Part shown: positions 26,632-42,679 of the stretch, piece after piece
Layout of the letters: every line of letters begins with the position of its first letter
Position numbering within the stretch: the stretch's first letter is position 1
Source of the DNA: Eledone cirrhosa
Taxonomy: Eukaryota
DNA length: 64,000 nt
Assembly (NCBI GenBank): GCA_964016885.1
Contig: OZ024750.1
Coordinates: 47,740,001 to 47,804,000 of the forward strand
Reading direction: 5' to 3'
Notes under the pieces: model-generated
Told to the model about the DNA's origin: nothing
Seen by the model: only the letters and a program-made list of their open reading frames with translations
Databases searched by the model: none
Translations under genes and position numbers: made by a program

Positions 26632-26633
<2 letters not shown>
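26439..26633 (+). mobile_element. Hairpin terminal fragment of the 30353-31610 HHR element family
   Basis: 26439-26492 is the inverse of ~26502-26554 (3' half of the HHR), followed by the ~80-bp family tail ending CATTTCCTTCGTTA-(TA)n. Confidence 0.8.
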
Positions 26634-26662
<29 letters not shown>

Positions 26663-26861
26663 CCGTGTGTGTGTGTGTGTGTATGTGTGTGTGTAAACCA
26701 ACGTTCATCAACATTCTCTCTCTCTCTCTCTGTATCTGTCTCTCTCTCTGAATATATTGTACCTCTCTCAGTTAAACGGCCTATCTCACTCTCTCTCTAC
26801 CCCTCCCTCTCTATATGTCGATGTATATATATGTGTGGGTGTGTATGTGTGTGTGTGTGTG

Positions 26862-26938
<77 letters not shown>

Positions 26939-27363
26939 GTTTCCGTGCAGCCAACGAACCAATATTTATCTTGAGGCCGCATTACACAAACATTTGAAAA
27001 GTATATGAGTCTAAAATGCTTCTTGGATAATAACGCATGTTTGTTAAACATTTGAAGAAAATCGGTTGCAAACTGGTGAAGTAATGTTGGTACGGACATA
27101 CACACACACACACATATTGCCTTAGGTGTATATATATATAGATCATTCATATATGGTCCCGTATCTACTGATAGAGTCGTACTGACAAACGCCTGGAGGA
27201 GCCTATCCCTTTGCAGGCCTGAGTACAGTAGATTTCTTCCAGTGAAAGAGGGAAAGTGAAAGAGAGGAATTACGAAAGAGATATAGAGAAATAATCTAGA
27301 CTAATACTATTTTATCGACGTCGAATGGATGAAAAGCAAAGAGCCAGAACTAATGCCCTAAAT

Positions 27364-27679
27364 CAGGGTTTCTCAATCTTTTTTTCGCTGTGGACCACCA
27401 AAATAAGTAATTTTTTTCACGTGGACCACCTAAACTTTTAAATCTGTTGTCATAGAACTGGAACTTATAATCTCAGTAGATGTTTTTTGTCAATGAATTA
27501 GAAAATGCTATTATCATGTCGCAGTGCCTAAACATCTACGCAAATAAACAGCTGATGTCGTACTGATGCGAAGATAAAAACAGCCCTTTGAGTCAAATGC
27601 ATGGATCAAAAAGGAATGTGCTATTGACAATTTTCTGTGGACCACTAGTGGTCCACATGTGCCAGGTTGTGAATCCCTA
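27364..27679. mobile_element. hAT (Charlie-like) MITE
   Basis: TIRs CAGGGTTTCTCAA / TTGTGAATCCCTA, subterminal GTGGACCAC repeats, and an 8-bp TSD CCCTAAAT at 27356-27363 and 27680-27687. Confidence 0.88.
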
Positions 27680-27801
27680 CCCTAAATCATTCTATCCGAA
27701 GTTCTAACGGCTCTTCCAATGTGTCTTATGCTATCAATAAAAAAAAATCATTACAAGGGCCTAGCAGTGTTGTAGAAATAGGTACAGTGGTCTTATGGAT
27801 T

Positions 27802-28208
27802 GTGTTACAATGTTGCGTTTTTGAATAAGAACTGCAAGCCTAGTAATTTTCTTCGATTAGTAAGCTTATCAAAACATACAATGAAACTAGAAAAATAAAA
27901 CTAATATAAGACTACAAATATGTACATATAGATCGGGTCCGACCACGAAGGGAGCAACCCCCCACTGTTACTACCACCAACTCTCACTGCTATATAGCAA
28001 ATAGGTCTCCGCGCGTTGGCCATTCTGTTGTCCTGTCGGAGAGAATAGAAAATGCGTTACCCCGAAGAATGGTGTGTGAGAATCGCTGCAAGAGGCATTC
28101 CATATCGCGAGGCTCATGTTTGCGGGAAGGTGTCCATAGGGACAAGGACAACAATATAAGTTACAATTATTTTGAAAGATGTGGGATGTAGGTGACACGT
28201 TGTAAAAC
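27802..28208. mobile_element. Possible solo LTR
   Basis: Imperfect terminal inverted repeat TGTTACAATGT ... ACGTTGTAAAA, ~400 bp, GC-richer than its flanks; no TSD confirmed. Confidence 0.3.
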
Positions 28209-28756
28209 TAGCTTAGGGCACAGCATAACGACGTAATGGTCTTGGTTATGAATATATATTCCATCAATCTTGTGTCCATACTTATGAAATCTATTCTTGT
28301 AAAATACACTAAGATTTAATGAAGGAATATGAAATTCCCTTAAGTAAGCAATGGCTATTATACAAAATAACTCTTCAAATGGCACTAATGTTGCTATCGG
28401 AATTGCTCCTTGATTTTTATTTCTGAAAAGAGCTGTCATGAACTAATATTATTCATTGCGGTTAAGAGATTATTTAATTACAAACATTTTGAGAACATTC
28501 ACTTCAACAAATATGGTATTTTACTCTTAACCATAATCACAATCACTCTGTCATCGTTAGAACAATAATTTATGTAAGATGTAATATAGTTGCTTACACG
28601 ATATTTATATTTAAAATTTCAATCTCAGAGTCTTTACAAAGTCACTAATGGTAACTAGCAAAATAATGTTGATGTATTGCAGAGTAGAAACACATAAAAT
28701 AACATTGTAAAATCATATAAAATAATATGCTAGACCATCTGAATCTTGGTAACAGC

Positions 28757-28990
28757 TTCTTCTTCTTCTTCGCCCACTTACACCTGAGAAGGTCATGGAG
28801 GCAGAACTCTCAAACATACTCCAGTGTGCCCTTTGATAAGCAACCGTCTCCAAATAATCCAGCTGGATCTTCAAGCGAGACCAACCAAGGTTCTGGATGT
28901 TATCCAAACATATTGCTCAGGATATACCCCTGGGTCTCTTACCGTTTGGTTTTTGCACGTAAAATATGTGCAGTGATTCTTTCCTGAGAC
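28757..28990 (-). mobile_element. Old RTE-like 3' fragment with a (GAA)n tail
   Basis: Minus-strand translation ...LDYLETVAYQRAHW... resembles the RTE C-terminal 'L..A..R..W' motif; (TTC)n at the end. Confidence 0.45.
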
Positions 28991-30316
28991 ATTCTAAACC
29001 CATGCCCATAGTATCGGAGCTATGATCTCTCAATTCAAATAAGTAGTGGTTCTACCTGAAATGACTCTCTGATTTGGGAGCTACACCATCTATCGAATAA
29101 CATTACACCAAAGTTCTTTGGAGTTAATGTTTCCAGCTAAATGTAAATATGTAATTAGCATTCTGTCTAATATCATGTTTTAGTTGATATTTCTTTGCAA
29201 TAAGAACGTGCCACATACCTCATGAGAAGCATTCTCAGCATCAATGTATACACAATAGTAATATTGTTACACAAGTATTGAGTCTATAACGTTATTTATT
29301 TCATAATATCTCACAATATTTATTCTTTTACAAATTACCTGGAAGACACTGTGGTGTTCAGAATTATTAAGCTCATGATGAATCCATCATATATTTAAAA
29401 GTTAATGACTAAAAACATGCAGAATTTATGGGTGTCTGCAATGACATGTTTAATCTATCTACTGAGCAAAATTATTGTTTTGGTGTGTCTGTTTAGACTA
29501 GATTGAATACAGAGATTAGTATCTTCCGTCCATATTAGTTAAATGCAACGTATGTGATAAAATTACACTTGCTGTCTTAATGTGGCGAGTGGCATTGTTT
29601 TAATTCATCTTATTATATAATCAGGAACAGTATTAAACAAACGTTTATATTATCAACCAGGCTAATATTCCATAACACTCACATATTGTTCGATTGGAAG
29701 TTCTCACGGTATTCATTGTCGAGCAGTGAACCCGATTGTCTTTAATATATATAGCAGAAGTAATAATATAAATCATGCCACAAAGGTAAATATATTTAGC
29801 AGATAAATATTCTTCACAGAAGACTTTCAGAAGATGAATCATGATAGCATTTTTTTTTCTGCTCTACGAGAGCTTTAAAGGATTTGCTAGGTTTGTTGTG
29901 TAAAAACATTTACCTAGAATCCCATTATTTTTCAGTGCAGAACTTTACCGACGCACCTTTTCGTGGTTTTCCGAGCGTCATAGGTGAGATAATGAAGAGG
30001 GCCAGGTGGTAGTGCTAAACCAAATGACGTGGTACATATGGGACATTCTTATTATTAATGTTATATATTTAATCAATTATATCGATCTCTCTTTTCTTAG
30101 GACTAAAGACTTGCTGCGAACGTTTGCAATGTCGTAGAGCCCTCTAACTTGACTCGTGCTAACAGTGCCAGAGATTTACCTTCTGAGCAACTATGGTATA
30201 TTAAATGTGAGGTAGAAATAATCATACATGATTATTATTTGTTAAATTCATACTAATTATGAGTTTAAAAAAGTTATATATGTGTGTGTGTGTTTGTGCG
30301 ATGGCGCGTATATATA

Positions 30317-30352
<36 letters not shown>

Positions 30353-30354
<2 letters not shown>

Positions 30355-31607
30355 ACGAAGGAAATGTGGTAAGGAACCAGGTGGACCATAACGCACCAAA
30401 GTACTCAATACTTAGGGTAGTAGAGTGGGTAACCCCTGCTTGCCAAGGGAGACGTAATATCTTCTTTTTATTCTTTTATCGCTTCCTTTATTTCCTTCTC
30501 CCCCCCCCCCATCCTCCTTAGTCCTTCTACCCCAGTTATTCTTCTTTGTCGGCGTCCTTTTCTCGCCCACCCGAGGCTGCCCTTTGGCCCCTTGTAGCCT
30601 CAGTAGCCCCACCCCTTCCCCTAGTCTATGATAGATTTGGCGGACTCCGCTTTTTATAGCAGTTGTGTCAGACCTCGGATACGTGCCCCCTTTTCCGACC
30701 GCTCCCCCTTTTTTCGGTGCCTTCTATATTTCTTAGTGGCACTTATGCCTTAATTTCTCGTCTCAGTATTTCTTTCTTCTTTCTTCTCTTTTCTTTTGGA
30801 GGGGTGGATTCTGAATTTCTTTTTTCCGTATTCTACCTTTACTTCGTACGAACTTTCATGTAGCTTGTATAAGAACTTTTGTAGCGCGGCGGTACCTTTA
30901 GAGTTAGCATTAGTATATTTTTTCGGGACTCAGAATTATTATCTCGAACTAGTTTACTTTTCTGCACTGGGTGGTTGCTGGCCTTGTGCCCGGGATAGAA
31001 ACCTTTATTATTTATTTCGTGGTAGTTTCTTTAGTATTTTGGCCCCACTTGTTGACCCGTCACCGTATGATTTACGTACTTATACCTCTTAAAAGGGTCC
31101 TTTCCTGTTCCGTCCCACCTAGTTTATTTACTTATCTCGTTATTTCTTTATTTCTTTCTTTATTTATTTTTTTATTTATCTAGCCTAACAATAGCTAGAG
31201 ACTTAGGTCGAAGAACTTGCTTATATATTCTTTTTTCTTTACACTTATTCGCTTTTCTTCACTCTCAGTCTTTTTACCTCTCATTGTTCTACCTACCGTT
31301 TCGACTTCCTCCCCCTCCCCCTCCCCAGTATCTTCTTTGACCTCTTGCCCAGCTGTAGCCGGCACTACCAACGCATGATTGGGTCTACTCCACCCCTCCC
31401 CCTTTTTCTCCTACTGGCAGGTTTAGCCACCATCTCCCCTACTAATTTGCCATCACTGAATTACTACTAACTATTGACAATCACTTTGACCATATATGGA
31501 ATTACACCTTGAGAAGCTCGGCTATTTAAATACCAGGATAAATGTTCATTTAGTCCAGAATTAGCCGTCGAAACGGCTTGAGCTCAGCCGTCGGGGTCTT
31601 ACTGGTT

Positions 31608-31609
<2 letters not shown>
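30353..31609 (+). mobile_element. ~1.25-kb non-coding element in (TA)n with an inverted family tail at its 5' end and a 3'-terminal hammerhead
   Basis: The 5' ~80 bp is the reverse complement of the tail at 26555-26633. Tail pieces also occur at 21433-21460, 59184-59270 and 61293-61370, each next to (TA)n or another microsatellite. Confidence 0.75.
31504..31597 (+). ncRNA. Type I hammerhead ribozyme with a long stem III and a U3-A8 core variant
   Basis: ACACC-TTGAGAA-G..CGGCTA/TAGCCG.C-GAAA-CGGCT-TGAGCTC-AGCCG-TC|GGGGT. Confidence 0.65.
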
Positions 31610-31642
<33 letters not shown>

Positions 31643-31647
31643 ATATA

Positions 31648-34570
<2,923 letters not shown>

Positions 34571-34578
34571 CTTATTAC

Positions 34579-34624
<46 letters not shown>

Positions 34625-35532
34625 TGTATATAAAAATATGAGCAAAATGGAGAGCTGCGTGGTTGCACATGGGTTACATATGAATACAATTAATCCTTCA
34701 TCAGTGAACTTCCAACTTTCATTGTTATTTCATCGCTTTAAAAATCAAGGGTGTATATATGTATATATATATATATATATTGATGATTTAATGTTTACGA
34801 GGAAAATCCAATGATAATATGAATATATACTTTTAAAATAAGGTGTGTGGGTCTAAGCTACACATTATTTATCTTGTAATTAAAGCACTAGTATCAGCTT
34901 ATGTTTTTAAACCTGTCACCAGATTAAATATAAACTATGAACTACGGAGTTGATCTTTACTGGTTAATATGTTATGTATGCATTATTCTCATATTGTTTA
35001 TTCTTATGGAGTTGCATAAAAAGATGTATAGAAACATATGCTGGGTTGATTAAATATATTGTTATTTCGTTTAAATGTACGAATATATGTTCGTATTTGG
35101 ATATTTCGTTTAAATGAATGAAGGTATTGTCAGTGAAATTTAAACATTTTATGTATGTTCAATTTGATTTGATTTGCATATATTGTGGACTATTTTAGTT
35201 TTATCATTTTGCTAATCCCTTCCCTTGAATTATCGTTGGTTAATTATAGATATGCTTTCACATTATAATGCAATATTAATATAGAGGAAACTGTATGATA
35301 TTTCATATATTATATATGCAAGATAAAGTCTTAACATTATTTCATTTGATGGAAGGTCTCTGCCTGACTAATTCCTTCTTACTTAAGTATTGTTAACAGT
35401 TTTAATGGGGAATTCAGGAAATATAGAGGGAAGGACGGAGGAAAGCACAACATGATGAATAAATTCATGACGGAGGGTATATCGGATGCAAAATAGGAAA
35501 TATGCTACGGAATTCAATACCTTAGCCGCCTT

Positions 35533-35586
35533 AATAATAATAATAACAACAACAACTACAGCAACAACAACAACAACAACAACAAC

Positions 35587-35645
<59 letters not shown>
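35533..35645. repeat. (AAC)n/(TAA)n microsatellite target of Dong
   Basis: Seen directly in the sequence. Confidence 0.97.
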
Positions 35646-38600
35646 GGGAAGAAGACGCACGAGGTGACGGAGGTCATGAAATCGCTCCCGTAAGTTTTGA
35701 ATTTTTAACATATTTAAATCATTTGTGAAATAACAACTCTTAGTACAAATGCTACGTAAAGCACCCGGCTTCAGCCCCAAAAAATTCGGACCCAAAATAT
35801 ATTGTTATAAGGCTCAAATATTCAAATATTCAACTTTGTATTGTACACTGTATATCCAAAAAAGAAAATGGCTATAAATGGAAGAAGAAGAACCCCCCCC
35901 CCCTCCTCTCCTCTGGCTACACTATATAGGACAGCTAAACTCACCAACACCAGAAACTAGATACACCACCCACCCCATCATCTGTGTACACTAAACACAA
36001 CAGCCAGATAACGACATTTTCACCTTCACCGCCACCGCTCACTACGGCCATCATTACCACCACTATCCCATCACCGCCGCCACCACCCCTTGACTCCTTC
36101 ACTGCTGCCACCGCTACAGCACCATCACTACAGTAATACGGTCGCATCACCGCCACCACTGCCTCGGTATCGACATCACCACCACCACTGTCCCAGTATC
36201 GCTACCGCCGCCAGTCTCCCACTTCTCCCTGCTGGCTGCTACTTCCACATTATAGAATTCCTACTACTAACAAAGAGGAAGGCATCAAAATATATAGATA
36301 GACTCAAAAGAAAAAAGAAAAAACAAACAACAAAACCAAAGCAGCACAGCAACAACAGCAAAAACGAGAAAAACAAACAGAGAAAAACAAAAACAAAAAA
36401 AGAAACCCCCAAAACGTAAAGAAAATAAGAATGAAGAGAGAAGCAGAGAAGAGGGGGGAAAAAGTAAAACTTAAAAAACAAAAACTAAGTCAGACATTCG
36501 AATACTACATTACAATGAAACTTATGCTTATTCATTTTTGGGGCCCTTTCTGCCCGTGTGTTTGTTTGTTTATGTGTGTTCGTATACAGCGTGGTGATAA
36601 TGCCACACAAGGGCCAAGTGGGATGGCGGATCCACAGATGGCTATGTAAACATACATTCGCCAATCCTCGATAAGAGTGTTTAAATATCGAACATAAACA
36701 GTTCGAATAACGGTGAAATGGAGACTAGAACGTCATGTGACAGACTCTCACCCAACAGGTGCCCCCTGGCTCAGCAGCAGGAACCTGACTGTCAACCAAA
36801 TACTGCTGATGTTGGAGGAAGAAGAAGAAGGAAAGGGGCCAGAACCAACTGGACGAAAGAATTGAATAGAACTGTTATGCAATGCTACCTGAAAAGTAAC
36901 CCCAAGGAGAGGGGCTACAGGAGACGGATGCATAACATCTGGAACGAGATTGGTTTATTTAAATTAGATCAACAAAAATTGGCCGGGCAGGCTCGGGTAA
37001 TAAGAACTGATGGGTGGATAAGCGAGCTGGAACTGGAGGAACTGAGCAGAGAGAATGGCTTGGAGATGGCGGGTGTGGCATGCCAGACAAGCGAGCCGGT
37101 GGGAAATGAAGGTGAGGAGGTCCTGAGAACGGAGGAACCACCCGAAGCAGACAATGATCTAAATACTGAGATAAATAATACCTGGAACAGAGATACGGCC
37201 ACTGAGGAGATGAATGCTGACGGGCTAGGACAAGATTCGGTTGACATCCTAAATTTAGTGGTAGATGAATTGAACAATGATAGTGGGAGACCTATGAACC
37301 TAAGATTTGTAGACAGGAAAAAGTTAAAAGAAACAACAGCTAAGGTAAACAAAGTCATCCCATATCTTGAGGCGAGGAGCCTTCACCAGTGCAACAATAT
37401 CCTCAAAGCAACAGCAAATACGGTGAGGAAACTACTTGGTATAAAAGCGAGAGGAAACAACAGACAAGAAAGAGCAGAGCCGTGGTGGAAGAAGCGACTG
37501 AGTGGGCAAATCGGGGAAATGAGAAATGACATAGGAAAGCTTGAGTCACTACTGAATGGGACACTAAAAAACATAGGCACTAAAAATAGACTGGAAATAA
37601 AATACAAAACTAGGAGTAAAAAGCTAAATATTATCATAGAGGAATTGAAGCAACGCATTGTAGCAAAGAGTGCCAAAATCAGGCGATACGAGAACAGAGT
37701 CAGTCAGTATAAACAGAACCGCATGTTCGACAACAACCAGAAGATGCTGTTTGGACAGCTTGAGGGGAAATAAAGGGGCAACGACTTGATCCCTGGGGCG
37801 GAACAAGCTAAAACATTCTGGAGAGGAATATGGGAGCAGGATTTTAGACACAATGCCCAGGCAGGGTGGATTGAGACAGTACAGAGGGAGATCGGTGAGC
37901 AGGCACAACAACAGACTGATTCGAGTATCACAGTTGAAACTCTTAAGGGGCAAGCCAAAAAACTAACCAACTGGAAATCACCAGGCCCAGATGGTGTGCA
38001 GGGGTATTAAACATTTAACATCCCTCCACCCGAAGCTGACGGCCATGTTCAATGACTGCTTGGTGTCGGGTGAGGTGCCAGAGTGGTTGACAAAAGGTAC
38101 CACAGTTCTGATAATGAAAGACCGAATCAAGGGTAATGATGTTACCAACTATAGACCTATCACATGTCTGCCCGTAATGTGGAAACTGTTGACGAGCATT
38201 GTGTCTGAGGAAATCTACCATCACCTCCACACAAACAACTTGTTACCGGACGAACAGAAAGGATGCCGAAAGAAGTCACGTGGTACAAAGGACCAGTTGC
38301 TTATTGATAAGATGGTAATGGGGAATTGCAGGAGGAGACACACTGATCTTGCCATGGGATGGATAGACTACAGAAAGGCATTTGACATGGTGCCTCATTC
38401 CTGGATCACCAAAAGCCTGGAGATCGTCAGGGTGGCAGATAACATCAGACAGTTGCTGGGCAGGAGTATGGGGTCCTGGGAGACAGAGTTGACATCAACT
38501 GGAGTATCCTTGGGAAGCGTGAAGATCAAGAGAGGTATCTTACAGGGAGATAGCCTGTCCCCTCTGTTGTTTGTCCTTGCCCTGATGCCCTTGACCATTA

Positions 38601-40180
38601 TGCTGCGAAAAGTGAGAGCAGGATACAAGTTGGGAAGTGGAGAGCTTACCATCAATCACCTCCTCTTCATGGACGATCTTAAGCTCTTCGGGAAAAGTGA
38701 GAAGGAGTTGGATGTGCTTGTTGACACTGTCCGTATTTTCAGCAGTGATATATGTATGCAGTTTGGTATTGGTAAATGTGGAGTCATTGTGATGAAGGGG
38801 GGTAGGTTGAGCAGAAGTAACGGGATCCAGATACCAACAGGTGAGATGATAAAGGAAATTGACTCTGAGGAAGGATACAAGTATTTGGGCGTTCTGGAGG
38901 CTGATGGCATAAAGAACAAAAAAATGAAGGAATTGTTAAGAACTGAATACATTCGGAGAGTAAGGAGCGTATTGAAGTCACATCTGAACAGCAGAAATGC
39001 CATAAGCGCAGTAAATTCCCGAGCTGTGTCTATTATTAGGTACAGTGCGGGAATTCTGAGATGGAATGTTGCTGAACAAAAAGAAATGGATAGGAAGACT
39101 AGGAAGCTATTGACTATCTACAACATGTTCCACAAGAGGAGTGATGTCGATAGACTCTACCTAAGGAGATCTGAGGGTGGAAGAGGCCTTATAGGCATAG
39201 AGGACTGTGTTCAGATGGAGAAAAACAACCTATACAAATACGTGACCTATAGTAAGGAGCCAATGCTCAGAACTGTACTGAAGGAGGGGACAGTAGGCCA
39301 GGGGATGTCCAAGGAGGAAATAACATCAAGGAGGAAGAGCAGCCTTAAGGGAAAATCCCTTCATAGTACCTTCTTTGAGAAAACTGAATTTAGAGATCCA
39401 CAGACATGGAACTGGTTGAGAAGAGGAGACCTCAAAAAGGCTACAGAAGGAATGCTAATGGCTGCGCAGGAGCAGGCCCTCAAAACGAAGTGGTTGAAGC
39501 ACCATATCTACAAGGAGGAGGCTAGCCCACTGTGCAGGATCTGTGGAGAGATAGAGGAGACTGTGGCTCACATTGTGTCCGAGTGTAAACACCAAGCCCA
39601 GACCCACTATAAGGGCTGGAGACACGATGTGATGGGCAGGGTGATCCACTGGCACCTGTGCAAAGTAAACAATCTACCACATTCTGAGAAATGGTATGAG
39701 CATAGGCCAGAGGCGGTGATGGAGAACAGTCAGGTGAAGGTGCTGTGGGATTTTAGGATACAGACGGACAAAAAACTGGAACACAATAGACCTGACCTGG
39801 TGGTTGTGGACAAAGAAAAAAGATCGTGCCTGATAGTGGATGTGGCCTGCCCGTTCGACACGAGAGTGCAAGAGAAGGAGAGGGAGAAAATTAACCGATA
39901 CCAGGACCTAAAGTGGGAGGTGAAAAGGATTTGGAACTGCCATGAAGTCAAAGTGATCCCGATTGTCATAGGCGCACTGGGGACTATCTCCAAAGGTTTC
40001 CAGGGATGGTTAAAGAAAATCGGCCCCTTCACGCTTTTTGGAACGCTTCAAAAGGCATGCTTGCTTGGAACAGCAAGAACCCTCCGATACGTCCTGAATA
40101 TCTGAGGCTGCAGGTAGTGGCTTGATATTCAATCCAACGGACTTTCCAGTTAACCAACATCAATGACTGAGATTCAAGGA
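35646..40180 (+). mobile_element. Full-length R4/Dong-clade non-LTR retrotransposon in (TAA)n
   Basis: ~1.07-kb 5' UTR, a single RT-RLE ORF, ~75-bp 3' UTR, and (TAA)n at both ends. Confidence 0.95.
36718..40105 (+). pseudogene. R4/Dong ORF (N-terminal domain, RT, CCHC, restriction-like endonuclease) with one stop at 37771-37773 and one frameshift near 38007
   Basis: WKSPGPDG, NYRPITCL, WIDYRKAFDMVPH, GILQGDSLSP, LFMDDLKL, YKYLG, CRICG..EETVAHIVSEC, RHD, RPDLVVVD..DVACP..KINRY. Confidence 0.95.
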
Positions 40181-40216
40181 ATAACAATAACAATAATAAT
40201 AATAATAATAATAATA

Positions 40217-41686
40217 AAACTTACAAATATCTAGGTGTTTGTGAAGGAGACGGAATCAAGCACTCGACAATGAGGGAAAGGATAAGGAAGGAATGTTACC
40301 GCAGAGTCAGAGCAATATTAAGAACGGAATTGAATGCAAGGAATAGGATCGATGCCATAAACACGCTTGCCATACCAGTAGTAACCTACAGTTATAATGT
40401 CTTCAACTGGTCAAGCACAGAGATCCGTAGGCTCAATACAAAAATTCGAAAATTCTTAACCATGCACAGAATGCATCACCCTAAGGCAGATATAGATAGA
40501 ATATATCTCCCTAGGAAAGAAGGAGGACGTGGGTTAATCCAGTTAGACATTGCGTTGAAAACTGCAACAATTGGATTATCTACATATCTAAGGGAATCAC
40601 ATGATTGGATGATCAATCTCGTTTTGAAACACGAAAGCAACAAAAGATGCACAAAGATAGAGTAATGGACTACAAATTTCAGAAGTCCCATTTACTGCTG
40701 AAATGGAAAACACAGAAAAAGCAAAGCAGGTAAAAGTAACTGCAAAGAAAGAACTGCTACAGAAACTGGCTAAGAAATGGCAAGAAAAGCCTCTGTATGG
40801 AAAATACCCAGAGCGAGCAAACAATCCTGATGTTGACAAAACTTTAACCCATCAGTGGTTGGCATCCTCTGGACTGAAATCGGAGACTGAAGGACTGATT
40901 ATATCGGCACAAGATCAGTGTCTGCCAACACAAAATTACCAAGCCAACATAATAAAAAATGGGTGCAGCCCATTATGCCGTGTATGCAAAAAACAACCAG
41001 AGACCATTGACCATATAATTTCAATGTGCAGTCCTATAGCTCCAACCGAATACCGAAACAGGCATGACAGAGCTGCACAATACATACATTGGATAATGTG
41101 TAAGCATTTTGACCTGCCCCATCAAAAGAATTGGTGGGAGCATCAACCACCTCCCATACTTGAAAAAGATCACATCTCAATCTTGTGGAAGTTTAGCATC
41201 CAAACAGACCGAAAAATAGATGCAAATAGACCTAATATAATAGTGAAGGACTTTCAAAAGAGGGTATGCCTGCTAATTGATATGTCTGTTCCAATAGACA
41301 AGAATGTATCTATAAAAACACTTGAAAAATTGAGCAAGTATAAGGACCTGGAGATAGAAATTGGAAAACTGTGGAAATTGAGAACTAAAACAATACCAGT
41401 GGTTGTAGGCGCTCTGGGAATGATACCTAAGGGGTCTAATGATTACTTATCCCAAATCCCAGGAAACCCGCGTATAGGAGAAATACAAAATATAGTACTA
41501 ATGGGAACTGCCCATATACTAATGAAGATTATGTCAATATAAGTACATTACAAGTCTAAACACTAAAGATGCATGTGTGAATATGTATGTTCTTTCTTGA
41601 ACATGGCGGACCTTGTTGTCTCTTGAGGTCACTGGTTGTGACTTGGTGATAACTCGTATGAACATAAAGCAAGATAAATGCAACTG
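40217..41686 (+). mobile_element. 5'-truncated second R4/Dong family
   Basis: TYKYLG, RIYLPRKEGGRGL, CRVCKKQPETIDHIISMC, RHD, RPNIIVKD, KLSKY. Clearly diverged from the first family; (TAA)n on both sides. Confidence 0.92.
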
Positions 41687-41709
41687 TAATAATAATAATA
41701 ATAATAATA

Positions 41710-41904
41710 TCTCAAAAAGTTTCCAGGGATGGTTAAAGAAAATTGGCCCCTTCACGCTTTTTGGAACGCTTCAAAAGGCATGCTTGCTGGGAACAGCAAA
41801 AACCCTCCGATACGTCCTGAATATCTGAGGCTGCAGGTAGTGGCTTGATATTCATCTCAACAAACTTTCCAGTTAACTAACATCAATGACTGAGACTCAA
41901 AGAG
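41710..41904 (+). mobile_element. Short 5'-truncated copy of the first Dong family
   Basis: Matches ~39988-40180 (FQGWLKKIGPF...LRYVLNI*); followed by (TAA)n. Confidence 0.93.
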
Positions 41905-41911
41905 TAATAAC

Positions 41912-41944
<33 letters not shown>

Positions 41945-42636
41945 TAACTTTAAAACATGTCTTTGATGCCGTAACCCACATTGAGCTTAATAAACTGAAC
42001 AGGTTGTTTGTAAGTTGTTGAAGACGGAAATAAATTAATGAAAAAAAAAACGAAATAAAAAAAATGAAGTAAGAGAAAAAACGACATGTCGTTCATTAGC
42101 AAGATGTAACAAGTGTTACATTTTACACGAAATTCATTAACATTCTACTAATGGTATTAATTATACTACAGAAGTATAGCTTTTTATGAGGACATCAAAA
42201 GACTTATGCAGATTGCAGATTACGGAAAAGGAACTTTCTCTTTAATTGCTAGACTATTCTTTTATTAAAGGGAAATAATTAACATAGATCAATTTTCCCC
42301 ATAATTGACATACAAAAAAAAACGAAATGTCGCAGGTTTGGATTATTTAAACAGTAACATTTATCCCCACCTCTAACACAACCATGTTTTTTTTAAATTG
42401 TAAGGTAAATATATCATCACTATAATCATCATATTTATCATAGGTTTGTTTACCAGATTGCATAGTAATGGATGATTTGACAATGACAGACACTAAACAC
42501 ATCAAAAGAACCTAGGCTTACTCATACGTTCAATCTTTGGCATACTTACGAGTGGGGTGTCACTAGTGACGTAAACTACAATACAGTGTGCACTGTGTTT
42601 ATTTCATCGTGACTAAAGCACTGCTACTTTGCAAAG

Positions 42637-42675
<39 letters not shown>

Positions 42676-42679
<4 letters not shown>

